A stretch of 64,000 nt of DNA from a virus (taxonomy: Duplodnaviria > Caudoviricetes), in IMG/VR virus record IMGVR_UViG_3300021958_000023, positions 32,001 to 96,000 of that record, one strand, 5' to 3'. Every line of letters begins with the position of its first letter. Within the stretch, counting starts at the first letter, position 1. The notes beneath the pieces are model-generated. The model was not told where the DNA came from, ran no database searches, and saw only the letters and a program-made list of their open reading frames with translations. The translations under genes and the position numbers were made by a program. Positions 36,329 through 46,772 of the stretch are shown here, one piece after another.

Positions 36329-37173
36329 AGATACTTTATGTAGGAGTTTTTACTAATCACTCTACAAATATAGGACAAGCTGATTCTTTAGATAAAATTA
36401 GTGATTTAATTACTTTTGACATGAGAGACATTGGTTCTTATACTTTAGAACAACGTGATCAGGCTATTTTAAAAATAGTAAAAGAAGAAAACCCGGATTT
36501 ATTGCTAATTAGTAAAGGCAATACTATAAACGTAGAAGTTATTAAAAAGGCAAAAGAGCATTGTAAAGTAGCTTGTTGGTATATGGACCCTTTAGTAAAT
36601 GCAGACAATGAATGGATGGAAAAAGTTCAGCACAGTGATTATATATTCTCTGCTTATGAAAAACTAGCAAACTTATTCAGAGACAAAAATAAAAATAGTT
36701 TTTATCTTCAAGAAGGTTTTGATCCCAATATTCACAGACCTATGAAATTTGAAAAATCATATGATGCAACATTTGTAGGTTATTTAAAAGATCATAGAAG
36801 AGACTACCATGCTTCATTAAACTTTAAAAACTTTAATGATTCTTATGGAGTAGAATATACAAAAATCGTAAATAAAAGCAGAGTAAACTTAGGCTTTACA
36901 ACTAACAAAGAAGGAACCTCGGACAGAGTATATAAAGTGCTTGCATGCGGTCAGTTTTTCTTATCAGAGTCTTGGGAACTGATGGAAAACGACTGGGAAG
37001 TTGAAAAAGATTTTGTAACTTTTAACTCAATACAAGATTTAGATGATAAGATAAAATATTTCTTAAAGAACCCTAAAGAAAGACTTGAAATAGCAAATCA
37101 CGGAAAACAGACAGTACAAAAATACTCTACTGATAATTGGGCGAAAAGAATAGTAGAAACAGTGAGTGCATAG
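36325..37173 (+). CDS. Glycosyltransferase (CgeB/Glyco_trans_1_2-like)
   Basis: WYMDP, GFDPNIH, SDRVYKVLACG, KIKYFLKNPKERLEIA. Confidence 0.8.
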   Translation: MKILYVGVFTNHSTNIGQADSLDKISDLITFDMRDIGSYTLEQRDQAILKIVKEENPDLLLISKGNTINVEVIKKAKEHCKVACWYMDPLVNADNEWMEKVQHSDYIFSAYEKLANLFRDKNKNSFYLQEGFDPNIHRPMKFEKSYDATFVGYLKDHRRDYHASLNFKNFNDSYGVEYTKIVNKSRVNLGFTTNKEGTSDRVYKVLACGQFFLSESWELMENDWEVEKDFVTFNSIQDLDDKIKYFLKNPKERLEIANHGKQTVQKYSTDNWAKRIVETVSA

Positions 37174-37755
37174 ATGTTTACATATTTTAAAGTAAGGAAA
37201 AACATGAAAATTATTAATGGTTTTTTATCTGAAAAAGTACTAAAAGATTTAATTAAGTTAGCAAATAAAGAAATAGAAGAAGCTTGCGATACAGAAATAC
37301 CTCTATATCAATCAATGGTAGATATGCATATTAAATATAAAGATAATAAAGAGTTCAATTATTTAATATCAAAAGTAGAGTCTATTGCATCTAAAGCATA
37401 TGATGACAATCTAAAAATTATTAAGTGTTGGTTTAATATTACAGATAAAGGTTCAACATTTTTAGGAGAAGAAGGTTGGCACATTCACGAAGATGCAAAA
37501 GTAAGCGCTATTTACTATTTAGATAAATGTGATGAAGACGGTACTTATTTTAAAATTGATGATAAAGCTCAGAAATTTACCACTAAAGATAATAGTATTA
37601 TTTTATTTAATAGTAAGTTACAACACGCATCTCCAGAATATAAAAATAAAAGAAGGATAATAATTGCTTTTGATCTTCAAAATATTGGAGAAGATATAGA
37701 TGACGGAGTAACTGTGCCAGAAGACAAAGAATATGATGAAAATTTGGGGAACTAG
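37174..37755 (+). CDS. 2OG-Fe(II) oxygenase
   Basis: CWFN, WHIH, SAIYYL, FNSKLQH, RIIIAFD. Confidence 0.75.
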   Translation: MFTYFKVRKNMKIINGFLSEKVLKDLIKLANKEIEEACDTEIPLYQSMVDMHIKYKDNKEFNYLISKVESIASKAYDDNLKIIKCWFNITDKGSTFLGEEGWHIHEDAKVSAIYYLDKCDEDGTYFKIDDKAQKFTTKDNSIILFNSKLQHASPEYKNKRRIIIAFDLQNIGEDIDDGVTVPEDKEYDENLGN

Positions 37756-38653
37756 TTTTGGATTAATAGGAGACTTAATTATGTCTCTTCCTCAACTAAC
37801 ATATTTTGAAAAAAAATATCCTGGCAGCTATAAATATTTTGGCATCCATCAAAAAATTTCTCAATGCGCTCCATTATTTTTTAATCATCCTTTAATTGAT
37901 AGAATAAAAATTACAGACAAATGGCATGAGTTTGGCGAAGAAGACTATAAGTTAGCTAGTGGTTGTGATGTATCAACTAGAAAAATAGATCATAAAGAAA
38001 GAACAGTTTATAATTGTAAGTCAATCGATGGCTGGTTTAATGAAATGGATTGTATTGAACACACTGCTAGATGTTCAAATATATTTGATATGAAAGAGGT
38101 TCTTTCAGAAGAAGAAAGATACCCTACACTATATAAATGGTTTGATAGTGATTTTACTAATATTGAGAACAATGAAGGATATTCTAAAGAAAGAAAAAAG
38201 TCAAATAAAATCGGAAATAATTCAATAGCTATTTGGCCTTTTGCTGCATACGGACGAGTAACAGGTAGATCCCCTTCTTTAGACTGGTGGAAAAGTACTA
38301 TACAAAAATTAATTACAGAAGGTTTTGAAATACATCATTTTGGGTGGATAGAAGAACCAAGACTCAGTAATGATAATAAATATCATTATCACACTAAATT
38401 AGAGTTTTTTGAACAAATAAAAGGAAGTTTAGGATGTGATTTTAGTATAGGTACAGATAGTGGATCGATGTGGGTACTTGCAGCATACTCTCATCCAGGT
38501 ATTGTACTTTCAGGGCCTTGGATGCCTGGTCACAATACAAATTGGGAAGCTTTTTTACCTCCTAATAAAAACGGTAAATACATATATAATCTTCCTCACA
38601 TAACAACTATAACATATAATCAAGTTATAGAAAAAATAAAAGAGATAGTTTAA
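37733..38653 (+). CDS. GT9-like glycosyltransferase
   Basis: GLIGDLIMSLP, NHPLIDRI, IGTDSGSMWVLAAY. Confidence 0.78.
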   Translation: MMKIWGTSFGLIGDLIMSLPQLTYFEKKYPGSYKYFGIHQKISQCAPLFFNHPLIDRIKITDKWHEFGEEDYKLASGCDVSTRKIDHKERTVYNCKSIDGWFNEMDCIEHTARCSNIFDMKEVLSEEERYPTLYKWFDSDFTNIENNEGYSKERKKSNKIGNNSIAIWPFAAYGRVTGRSPSLDWWKSTIQKLITEGFEIHHFGWIEEPRLSNDNKYHYHTKLEFFEQIKGSLGCDFSIGTDSGSMWVLAAYSHPGIVLSGPWMPGHNTNWEAFLPPNKNGKYIYNLPHITTITYNQVIEKIKEIV

Positions 38654-39423
38654 TGAAGACTTTAATTGTTTTTGGACACGGATTAGGAGACGCAGTTGTA
38701 TTATCTTCTGCTTTAAAAAACTGGTATAACCAAAAAGGATATAGAGCCTCAGTTGCAATGCAAAAAAGATTTGAACAAGCAAACCTATGGAAAAATTGCC
38801 CCTATATTGATGAGTCTGTTTATATTTTAAGCGATCCGTGGCATGATTTTGGTCACTTAAATACTAGAGTAGGGTTTCCTTCTATTTTACAAGAAGGCAT
38901 TGAGTGGGCTAAAAGAAATGGTTATGATGAAGTTAGAATGATATGGGATAGTCCGAACAACTATTTAGTACAAAACTATAATGATATGCTAGAAGTTACA
39001 ATGGAAGATGCAGATCCAGAAGTTTGGATTAGTGAAGATGATAGAGCTTTTGCAAAAGAAGAAGTACAAAGATTAACTGACGGAAATAAGTTTGCATTTA
39101 TTCAAACTCATAGCGGTGATCCTAACAGAAGCCTTCCTGAAAACTATGGTAGAGAGTGGGCTAAAAAACAAGGTATTACTCACTTTATTGAAATAAGCAA
39201 AGAAATAGAAGTAAAAGAACATGATTATTTAGTGCAGTGTGCCATAGCTAATCTAGCAGATATGGTAATAGTACCTAATTCAGGGTATTGGCACGCTTTC
39301 TGTTCTAAATCTATGAATAAAAAGATTGATTTATTATACTTTTCTAGAGGAAAAGAAGATTTTATAAAACGAAATTATTATCCACACTATAAGTGGTTTG
39401 ATAATATTATATATACTTTATGA
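38653..39423 (+). CDS. GT9-like glycosyltransferase
   Basis: HGLGDAVVLS, CPYIDE, NSGYWH. Confidence 0.65.
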   Translation: MKTLIVFGHGLGDAVVLSSALKNWYNQKGYRASVAMQKRFEQANLWKNCPYIDESVYILSDPWHDFGHLNTRVGFPSILQEGIEWAKRNGYDEVRMIWDSPNNYLVQNYNDMLEVTMEDADPEVWISEDDRAFAKEEVQRLTDGNKFAFIQTHSGDPNRSLPENYGREWAKKQGITHFIEISKEIEVKEHDYLVQCAIANLADMVIVPNSGYWHAFCSKSMNKKIDLLYFSRGKEDFIKRNYYPHYKWFDNIIYTL

Positions 39424-39430
39424 GGGAAAA

Positions 39431-40615
39431 ATGAGATATCCATTAGCGTGTGAAACCTGGGATCATGAAGAGCTTGGAATGATTCAAAAAGTAATAAATA
39501 GTAATAGATTTACTATGGGTCCAGAAGTAGAAAAATTTGAAAAACAATTTGCCAAAACTGTGGGTAAAAACCATGCTGTAATGGTAAATAGTGGAAGTTC
39601 AGCTAATTTATTAATGATTGGCAGTTTAGTACTAAATGAAGATATTGACTTAAATCCCGGAGATGAAGTTATTGTTCCTGCAGTTAGTTGGTCTACTACA
39701 TTTTTTCCAGTTCATCAGTATGGACTAGTAATGAAATTTGTTGATGTAAATCCTCATACTTTCAACATCGATCCTAGTGATATTGAAAAAAATATCACTG
39801 AAAACACAAAAGCTGTTCTTGCTGTTAACCTGTTAGGTAACTCTTGTGAATACGCTAGACTAATAGAAATTTGTCACAGACACAATATTCTACTATTAGA
39901 AGATAACTGCGAAAGCTTAGGTGCGAAATATAGAGGAAGACATTTAGGAACTATTGGCACTATGGGTACTTATTCCTTCTTTTTTAGTCATCATATGCAG
40001 ACTATGGAAGGAGGCATGATCGTAACAGACGATCTTAAACTTGCAGAATATTGTAAAAGTTTAAGAGCTCATGGTTGGATGAGAGAGTTGCCACAAGAAA
40101 ATACTGTTTGTAATAAAGTAGGCAACCCGTTTAAAGACAGTTTTAGATTTGCACTACCTGGTTACAGTGTAAGACCATTAGAAATGAGTGGAGCAATTGG
40201 GCAGGCTCAGTTAAAAAAGCTAGATAGCATGACTAGTGCTAGAAGAGACAATGCTCTTTATTTTCAAGATAGACTTAGGGATAACCCAGATTTTTACTTA
40301 CAAAAAGAAGAAAATGATGGACACAAAAATACCACATATAGTAGCTGGTTTGGGTTTGGTATTGTTTTAAGAGAAGGACTAGATAGAGATTTTATTGTAG
40401 GAAAATTAATTGAAAACGAAATTGAGTGCAGACCGATAGTTGCAGGTAATTTTATGAACAATCCTGTTATTAAAAGACTTAACTATAAAACTAATATTGA
40501 TGGTTATAAAGGATCTGATATCTTAGATAATCAAGGATTCTTCATTGGTAATAATCCAAGTAAAATGCACGAAGAGATAGATTACTTTTTTAGAACGATG
40601 GAGACTTACATATGA
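39431..40615 (+). CDS. colD: GDP-4-keto-6-deoxymannose 3-dehydratase (DegT/DnrJ family, ColD type)
   Basis: VNSGSSANL, EDNCESLGA, SFFFSHHMQTMEGG: His replaces the PLP Schiff-base Lys, which is the ColD hallmark. Adjacent to gmd. Confidence 0.85.
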   Translation: MRYPLACETWDHEELGMIQKVINSNRFTMGPEVEKFEKQFAKTVGKNHAVMVNSGSSANLLMIGSLVLNEDIDLNPGDEVIVPAVSWSTTFFPVHQYGLVMKFVDVNPHTFNIDPSDIEKNITENTKAVLAVNLLGNSCEYARLIEICHRHNILLLEDNCESLGAKYRGRHLGTIGTMGTYSFFFSHHMQTMEGGMIVTDDLKLAEYCKSLRAHGWMRELPQENTVCNKVGNPFKDSFRFALPGYSVRPLEMSGAIGQAQLKKLDSMTSARRDNALYFQDRLRDNPDFYLQKEENDGHKNTTYSSWFGFGIVLREGLDRDFIVGKLIENEIECRPIVAGNFMNNPVIKRLNYKTNIDGYKGSDILDNQGFFIGNNPSKMHEEIDYFFRTMETYI

Positions 40616-41649
40616 GTAAAAAAAGAGCACTAGTAACAGGAGTTACAGGACAAGACGGAGCATACTTATCATCACTACTTTTATCAGAAGGTTATGAAGT
40701 ATATGGAGGCATGAGAAGAAGTAGCACAGACAGTTCTTGGAGACTAAAAGAACTAGGAGTGTGGAATAGAATTAAACCTGTTTCTCTTGAAATGCTAGAG
40801 TACAGTAATATTTATGAAACTATTAAACAAATTCAGCCCGATGAAATATACAACTTAGCTGCACAAAGTTTTGTCAGAGCAAGTTTTGATCAACCAATAT
40901 ATACTTCTGAAGCAACTGCTTTAGGGCCTCTAAAAATATTAGAAACAATTAAGACAGTTAATCCTGAAATTAAATTTTATCAAGCCTCTTCTTCAGAAAT
41001 GTATGGATTAGTACAAGAACCAATTCAGAATGAAGACACAAAGTTTTATCCAAGAAGTCCTTATGCTGTGGCTAAAACATATGCTCATTATATGACAGTT
41101 AACTATAGAGAGTCTTATAATATTTTTGGGTGTTGTGGTATTTTATTTAATCATGAATCTCCTTTAAGAGGTGAAGAGTTTGTTACTAGAAAAATTACTT
41201 CTCATTTAGCTAGAATAAAGTCAGGAGAAAATATGGTAATGGAACTTGGAAATTTTAAAGCTAAAAGAGATTGGGGATATGCTTATGACTTTGTAAGAGC
41301 AATGTATCTTATGATGCAACACAAAGTACCAGACGATTATGTTATTGCTACTGGAGAAGAACATACTGTAGAAGAGTTTTTAACTATGACAGCTGACATT
41401 CTAGAAATGCCTGTTGTTATAGAAGGAGAAGGTCTTGATACTGTAGCAATTAGAAAAAGCGATAATACTGTAATTGCAAAAGTAAACCCAACACATTTTA
41501 GACCAACAGAAGTAGAATTATTACTAGGAGACTCATCTAAAGCAGAGAAACAATTGGGCTGGAAACATGAAATGAGTTTTGAAGGACTAGTTGATTTAAT
41601 GGTTAGAGAAGATTTTGACAAAGCAAGAAAAAATTGGTGGGGTCGATGA
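40612..41649 (+). CDS. gmd: GDP-mannose 4,6-dehydratase
   Basis: TGVTGQDGAYL, YNLAAQSFV, YQASSSEMYG, PRSPYAVAK, NHESPLRGEEFVTRKI. Confidence 0.97.
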   Translation: MSKKRALVTGVTGQDGAYLSSLLLSEGYEVYGGMRRSSTDSSWRLKELGVWNRIKPVSLEMLEYSNIYETIKQIQPDEIYNLAAQSFVRASFDQPIYTSEATALGPLKILETIKTVNPEIKFYQASSSEMYGLVQEPIQNEDTKFYPRSPYAVAKTYAHYMTVNYRESYNIFGCCGILFNHESPLRGEEFVTRKITSHLARIKSGENMVMELGNFKAKRDWGYAYDFVRAMYLMMQHKVPDDYVIATGEEHTVEEFLTMTADILEMPVVIEGEGLDTVAIRKSDNTVIAKVNPTHFRPTEVELLLGDSSKAEKQLGWKHEMSFEGLVDLMVREDFDKARKNWWGR

Positions 41650-42650
41650 GAGTATTTATTACAGGAATTGGAGGGTTTTTAGGCCATCACATTGCTATGC
41701 GTATGCACGAACTAGGATATCAAGTTGCAGGTAATGATACATTTGTTGGAGGAGAAGAAGATAATGTTCCTTCTTTTGCAGATTTTACTCTTTGTGATTG
41801 TTGTGATTTTGATGCGATGAAAAAAGCAATGGAAGGCTGTGATTTAGTGTATCATTGCGCAGCTACAGCACACGAAGGACTAAGTGTTTTTTCTCCCTCT
41901 TTTATCACAAGAAATATTTTTGAAGCATCAGTAACTACTTTTTCAGCAGCAATTGCTGCAAAAGTTAAAAGAATTGTATTCTGTACATCAATGGCTCGTT
42001 ACGGAGAACAACAACCACCTTTTAAAGAAACTATGACTCCTGCGCCTGTAGATCCTTATGGAATAGCAAAAGTTGCGGCGGAAGATGTTTTAAAAGTATT
42101 AGGAAAGGTACATAACATTGAGTGGAATATTGCAGTTCCTCATAATATTGTTGGAGAAAATCAAAAATATGATGACCCCTTTAGGAATGTTATGAGTATC
42201 ATGTTAAATAGAAATTTACAAGGCAAGCCTTCTATTATATATGGAGACGGGACGCAGACTCGTTGTTTCTCTTATGTAGATGATTGTGTTCAGTGTTTAG
42301 AAAAAATGGGAACAAGCGAAAATATTGTAGGAGAAACAATTAATATAGGACCTGATGAGCAAGAAATTACTATTGGACAACTAGCGGAACTTTGTGCAAA
42401 TGAAACAGGACTAAATGAAGAACCTATTTATTATACACAAGGTAGACCACAAGAAGTAAAACACGCTACTTGTTCTTCAGACAAAGCAAGAAAACTTTTA
42501 GGATATAAAACAACTACTACAGTAGAAGAAGCAGTGACAAAAACTGCTAATTGGATTAGAGAAAAAGGAACAAAACCTTTTAAATATCATCTTCCTTTAG
42601 AGATTATAAATGAAAAAACACCAAAAACTTGGACAGAAAAGAGGTTTTAA
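41646..42650 (+). CDS. NAD-dependent NDP-sugar epimerase/reductase (extended SDR)
   Basis: TGIGGFLG, YGIAK (YxxxK), GDGTQTRCFSYVDD. Confidence 0.9.
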   Translation: MRVFITGIGGFLGHHIAMRMHELGYQVAGNDTFVGGEEDNVPSFADFTLCDCCDFDAMKKAMEGCDLVYHCAATAHEGLSVFSPSFITRNIFEASVTTFSAAIAAKVKRIVFCTSMARYGEQQPPFKETMTPAPVDPYGIAKVAAEDVLKVLGKVHNIEWNIAVPHNIVGENQKYDDPFRNVMSIMLNRNLQGKPSIIYGDGTQTRCFSYVDDCVQCLEKMGTSENIVGETINIGPDEQEITIGQLAELCANETGLNEEPIYYTQGRPQEVKHATCSSDKARKLLGYKTTTTVEEAVTKTANWIREKGTKPFKYHLPLEIINEKTPKTWTEKRF

Positions 42651-43021
42651 TGATTGAAGTACCAGTATCAAACGGAGAACTACTAGATAAAATCGCTATC
42701 CTAGAAGTAAAATACGATAGCGGGATTGATTCAGTAGAAAAAGAACTTAATATACTACTAGACTTAGTTGAAGAACAAGACTGGTGGCATTTACCTTATA
42801 TATACGTTTATTATCGTATGCTGCTTTCAATAAATCAAGAACTATGGGATATTGAAGATGCAAAAAGACAGTGTGAACAACAAAAAGACTTTAGCGATAA
42901 ATTTGTTCAATTAGCTAGAGCCGTCTATATTATAAACGATGAGAGAGCTAGAGTTAAAAAATCAATTAACAAATACTCAAATAGTGCATTAACAGAATAT
43001 AAAAATCACAGAGATTATTAA
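42629..43021 (+). CDS. DUF6165-like protein
   Basis: VPVSNGELLDKIAILEVK, INQELWDIED..R, LARAVYIINDERA. Confidence 0.75.
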   Translation: MDRKEVLMIEVPVSNGELLDKIAILEVKYDSGIDSVEKELNILLDLVEEQDWWHLPYIYVYYRMLLSINQELWDIEDAKRQCEQQKDFSDKFVQLARAVYIINDERARVKKSINKYSNSALTEYKNHRDY

Positions 43022-43755
43022 TGTTTACAATTATCACTCCCTATGTTTTTGAAGAAGAAATTCAAGAGTTTAAAAGTAATCTTCCTTGGGGAGTACCAGC
43101 TTTGATAGAGTCTGATCAAGCAAAGATTGGTCCTGATTTAATGTATCAAAAACTTTGGAACTCGTGTGATACAGATATTTTTATTATGCACGCAGATATG
43201 ACTCCTCACCCAGACGGAGAAAGTTGGGAAGAAGATATTTTAGAATATGTTGAAAAGTATCCAGAAGCAGGAATACTAGGTCTTAAATTACTCTATCCTA
43301 GTACTTATAATGGTAAAAGTATTATTGAGTGTGCAGGAGGAAAGTTTGATGACAACGGTAATCCAGATCACTACGGAAGCGGATTAGAATTGTTTACACA
43401 AAGAACTTGGAAAGATCTAGAACTAGATGAAGGACAGTATAATAAAGTTAGAGAAGTTGCTTGGTATACTTTTGGAGGCATCTATATTCGCAGAGAAGTT
43501 CTAGATAAAGTAGGAGATTTTGATCCTCACTACAAGTGGAGCTATAACAGAGATGTAGATTACTGTTTAGAGGTAAGGAAAGCCGGTTGGAAAATTTACC
43601 AATTACCTATACCTATGTATCATTTTCAAAGTAAAGATGTAAAAAGAATTAAAACACCAGAGATGGCTGATGCCGAGTCTTATAACTTAAACTACTTAAA
43701 AAATAAGTGGAAAGACAGCGAATTAATGAAAACAATAGATCGAGATGTGGAATGA
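43021..43755 (+). CDS. GT2 glycosyltransferase
   Basis: MHADM, GLKLLYP, VGDFDP, DVDYCLEVRKAGWKI. Confidence 0.82.
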   Translation: MFTIITPYVFEEEIQEFKSNLPWGVPALIESDQAKIGPDLMYQKLWNSCDTDIFIMHADMTPHPDGESWEEDILEYVEKYPEAGILGLKLLYPSTYNGKSIIECAGGKFDDNGNPDHYGSGLELFTQRTWKDLELDEGQYNKVREVAWYTFGGIYIRREVLDKVGDFDPHYKWSYNRDVDYCLEVRKAGWKIYQLPIPMYHFQSKDVKRIKTPEMADAESYNLNYLKNKWKDSELMKTIDRDVE

Positions 43756-44000
43756 GATTAATCAATTATCAACAACTAGAAGAGCTGTTTCAAAAACACG
43801 ATTTAAACATATCTAAACCAGCAACTTTTTCTAGTAAAATATTTCAAAAACTGTTCGTAATAGGATCAACAGGATTTATAGTAATCTACGGAGTACTACT
43901 ATTTTTATTACTATTACCTCTAGTTTTGGTAGAAGCAATTATAACAGGTTTTATAAGGGGAATTAAACATGCAAAAGAAATCCGTAATAAGTCTGATTAG
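43707..44000 (+). CDS. Small membrane protein
   Basis: Long hydrophobic stretch. Likely start is MRLINY. Confidence 0.6.
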   Translation: MERQRINENNRSRCGMRLINYQQLEELFQKHDLNISKPATFSSKIFQKLFVIGSTGFIVIYGVLLFLLLLPLVLVEAIITGFIRGIKHAKEIRNKSD

Positions 44001-44805
44001 TTACGACGCAGAGTATTTACCTGCAAGTATTATGTCTTACTACGCCTATGTAGATGAGATTATTTTAGGATTAGACAAAAATAGAAAAACATGGGCAGGA
44101 AATGATTTTAAATTCAATGAGAGTAAGATTTTTAAAGAACTATCTAGAATTGATGGAGATAATAAAATTAGCATTATTGAAGAAGATTTTGTTGTATCTC
44201 AAAAATTTATTGAGAATGATAACTATGAAAGAAACTTTCTTAAAAAACAGTGTTCACATGATTGGGTTTTTTCTTTTGACGCAGACGAAGAGCTGATTAA
44301 TCCTAAAGAGTTTTTTGAAGACTATCTTCCGCTTGTTGAGCCTTATTATAAAGATTATGATCTGGCTTTTAATTGGTTTTTACCTTATAAAGAGTTTGAT
44401 GATAGATATTTATGCATCGCTTCAGAACAAGGATGGTTAGATATCAACGAACAACAAGGGTTTGCTAATTGGAAAAACTATGAGTTTGTTTATGCTAGGT
44501 GGACAAATAATGCTCAACAAAATAGAAGACTCTTAAAAACTCCTCTTGCAATACTACACTGGAGTGTTTGTAGGCCAGCAGGAGATTTACACCAAAAAAT
44601 AAATAATATTGGTCACGCAGATATTGCAGATCAAGATCCTTTTTATCAAATCTGGACACAAATCAATCTAATGAATTATAAAGAACTAAGAAACTTTAAA
44701 ACATCTGGTTTCGGAGACCCAAAACAATGGGCAAGACTAATTGAAATTCCAAAAGATAAGTTTAAACAAGAATTAAAAGAACACGCTGGTAGAATCGAGG
44801 TTTAA
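43969..44805 (+). CDS. GT-A fold glycosyltransferase-like protein
   Basis: YVDEIILG, ERNFL, DWVFSFDADE. Confidence 0.72.
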   Translation: MQKKSVISLISYDAEYLPASIMSYYAYVDEIILGLDKNRKTWAGNDFKFNESKIFKELSRIDGDNKISIIEEDFVVSQKFIENDNYERNFLKKQCSHDWVFSFDADEELINPKEFFEDYLPLVEPYYKDYDLAFNWFLPYKEFDDRYLCIASEQGWLDINEQQGFANWKNYEFVYARWTNNAQQNRRLLKTPLAILHWSVCRPAGDLHQKINNIGHADIADQDPFYQIWTQINLMNYKELRNFKTSGFGDPKQWARLIEIPKDKFKQELKEHAGRIEV

Positions 44806-44806
44806 A

Positions 44807-45961
44807 ATGAGCAAGAAAATAGTAGAAATTATTGGAAAAGTATTTGATAATCATAGTCTAGCTATTGTTACTAGAAAAATGGCTATTGAACTATCAAAAA
44901 ACGAAAATTTTGAGGTGGTGATTAACCCACTAGATACATATGATCCTCAATATAATCTAGCTTCTTCTGAACTAAAAGAGTTAAAAGCCTTAATTAAACC
45001 TGTAAACACAGAACCAGATATTCAAATTAGACACTCTTACCCTCCTATTTGGAGATGGCCAGTATCAGACAAAACAAAAATAGTACAGATACAGCCTTGG
45101 GAATATAAAAAACTTCCTTTTGAATGGCAATATAAGTTCGAGACTTTTGCCGACTTAGTTATTACTCCTTCTTCTTGGACAGCTAAAGTGTTTCTAGATG
45201 CTGGACTAATGCCGAGTAAGGTGGCAGTAGTACCAAATGGTTATGATCCAAAACATTTTAATACTAGCAATAAAAAACCGAATGATAAGTTTACTTTTGT
45301 TTATGTTGGAAATGCTCAGTGGAGAAAAGGATTAAATATCTTATTGCAAGCATGGAGTTCTTCTTTTAAAAAGGAAGAAAGTGTTAAACTAGTAATTAAA
45401 GATAATCCTGCAGTTTATGGAAACTATAATCTTTTACAACAACTAGTAAAACTACAATACGAAACTGGTTGTGCAGAGATCGAATATAATGATAAACAAC
45501 TCAGTGAAATTGATATGAGTCGCATTTATAAATCTGCACACTGTTTAGTGCATCCTTATAGAGGAGAAGGTTTTGGAATGCACATTCAAGAAGCAATGGC
45601 TTGTGGATTAGTACCTCTTGTAAGTGACAAAGGACCGACAGATGATTTTGTAAAAGATGAAAGATGCAGAATCAAAGTTAATCCTACAGTAGTAAAAGCT
45701 GATGATCCAAATGTAATGATGATGAAACCAGGAGATGCATTAACATCTATGGGAGGTCATGCAGTTGCGTTTGAACCTGATGTAAATGACTTAGTAACAA
45801 AAATGAGACAAGCGTACCAAGGCGATCTATCTCCGATAGACTACTCACTAGATATTACCACTTGGAAAGAAGTGGGTCTAAAGTATGCTGAGGTAATCAA
45901 TTCCATTGATTTGAGCACACCAGCTGCCAGATTGCAGACGCAAGGGTGGCGTACTACGTGA
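44807..45961 (+). CDS. GT4 glycosyltransferase
   Basis: VVPNGYD, RKGLNILL, PYRGEGFGMHIQEAMACG. Confidence 0.9.
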   Translation: MSKKIVEIIGKVFDNHSLAIVTRKMAIELSKNENFEVVINPLDTYDPQYNLASSELKELKALIKPVNTEPDIQIRHSYPPIWRWPVSDKTKIVQIQPWEYKKLPFEWQYKFETFADLVITPSSWTAKVFLDAGLMPSKVAVVPNGYDPKHFNTSNKKPNDKFTFVYVGNAQWRKGLNILLQAWSSSFKKEESVKLVIKDNPAVYGNYNLLQQLVKLQYETGCAEIEYNDKQLSEIDMSRIYKSAHCLVHPYRGEGFGMHIQEAMACGLVPLVSDKGPTDDFVKDERCRIKVNPTVVKADDPNVMMMKPGDALTSMGGHAVAFEPDVNDLVTKMRQAYQGDLSPIDYSLDITTWKEVGLKYAEVINSIDLSTPAARLQTQGWRTT

Positions 45962-46143
45962 TTACACTCCGTGTATAGTGGAGAACGCATGATCATCTGG
46001 GGGAGCCATGTGACATCTAGATTAAATTGCGTAAATCTACGATTTAGTTGATTTAAAATTGATTAAATACGAGTATAAAGTAACACACATTTTGACAAAG
46101 AGCAAGTATTAAAAGTTGAATTTGCTCTTCAAGAAAGGAAAAC

Positions 46144-46422
46144 ATGGAAAACGAAACAGAACGTAGCTTTGGAACTGCGTACAGAAAAGCGAACGGAAAT
46201 GAGATTCGTGTGACATACAATGAGTTTCGAGGTGTCGCCTATGTTCACATTCGTGAATATTCAATGGACGGCGACTCTGGAAACTGGTATCCCACGTCTA
46301 AAGGCTACGCCTTGCTCGCAGACGAAACTACATCCGTAACCAAACTACTAGATGAGGCCGCTGAACATGCTGCCCAGAGACATAGAAAAGGAGGATCACA
46401 TGAGCGTGAAAGCGTGGAGTGA
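46144..46422 (+). CDS. PC4/YdbC-like ssDNA-binding protein
   Basis: IRVTYNEFRGVAYVHIREY...W.PTSKG. Confidence 0.82.
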   Translation: MENETERSFGTAYRKANGNEIRVTYNEFRGVAYVHIREYSMDGDSGNWYPTSKGYALLADETTSVTKLLDEAAEHAAQRHRKGGSHERESVE

Positions 46423-46720
46423 TGAACAAGAAGCAGAACTAATCAAGCTTTATACAGAAGAAGGCATGAAAGATGTAAATGAACTAGGAGATCATTTTGG
46501 CAAAGGTTACCGATCCGTCATCTCTAAACTGGTACAACTACGCATCTATGAAAAGCCTGTAGATGAAGAGCGTGAGGGATCTCGTACCGTAAAAACAATG
46601 TTACGCGATCTTGAAACACTCTTAGACATTGAGATTGAAGGAACTAATCTTAATAAAAAGTCTAACCTTACCAATCTAGTGATTGCGCTTGAACGTAAAC
46701 TAGCAAACAATGTAGATTAA
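46400..46720 (+). CDS. T5 D3-like DNA-binding protein
   Basis: WSDEQEAELIKLY...FGKGYRSVISKL..L.IY; start at 46400 after GGAGG. Confidence 0.6.
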   Translation: MSVKAWSDEQEAELIKLYTEEGMKDVNELGDHFGKGYRSVISKLVQLRIYEKPVDEEREGSRTVKTMLRDLETLLDIEIEGTNLNKKSNLTNLVIALERKLANNVD

Positions 46721-46723
46721 TCA

Positions 46724-46752
46724 TTGCATCTCGCTTATATATTTGATATTCT
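46724..46752 (+). promoter_or_regulatory. Sigma70-type promoter upstream of the ligase
   Basis: TTGCAT-17-TATTCT, with imperfect complementarity to the downstream RBS region. Confidence 0.5.
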
Positions 46753-46772
46753 AGTATCAGATTTAAGGAGAA

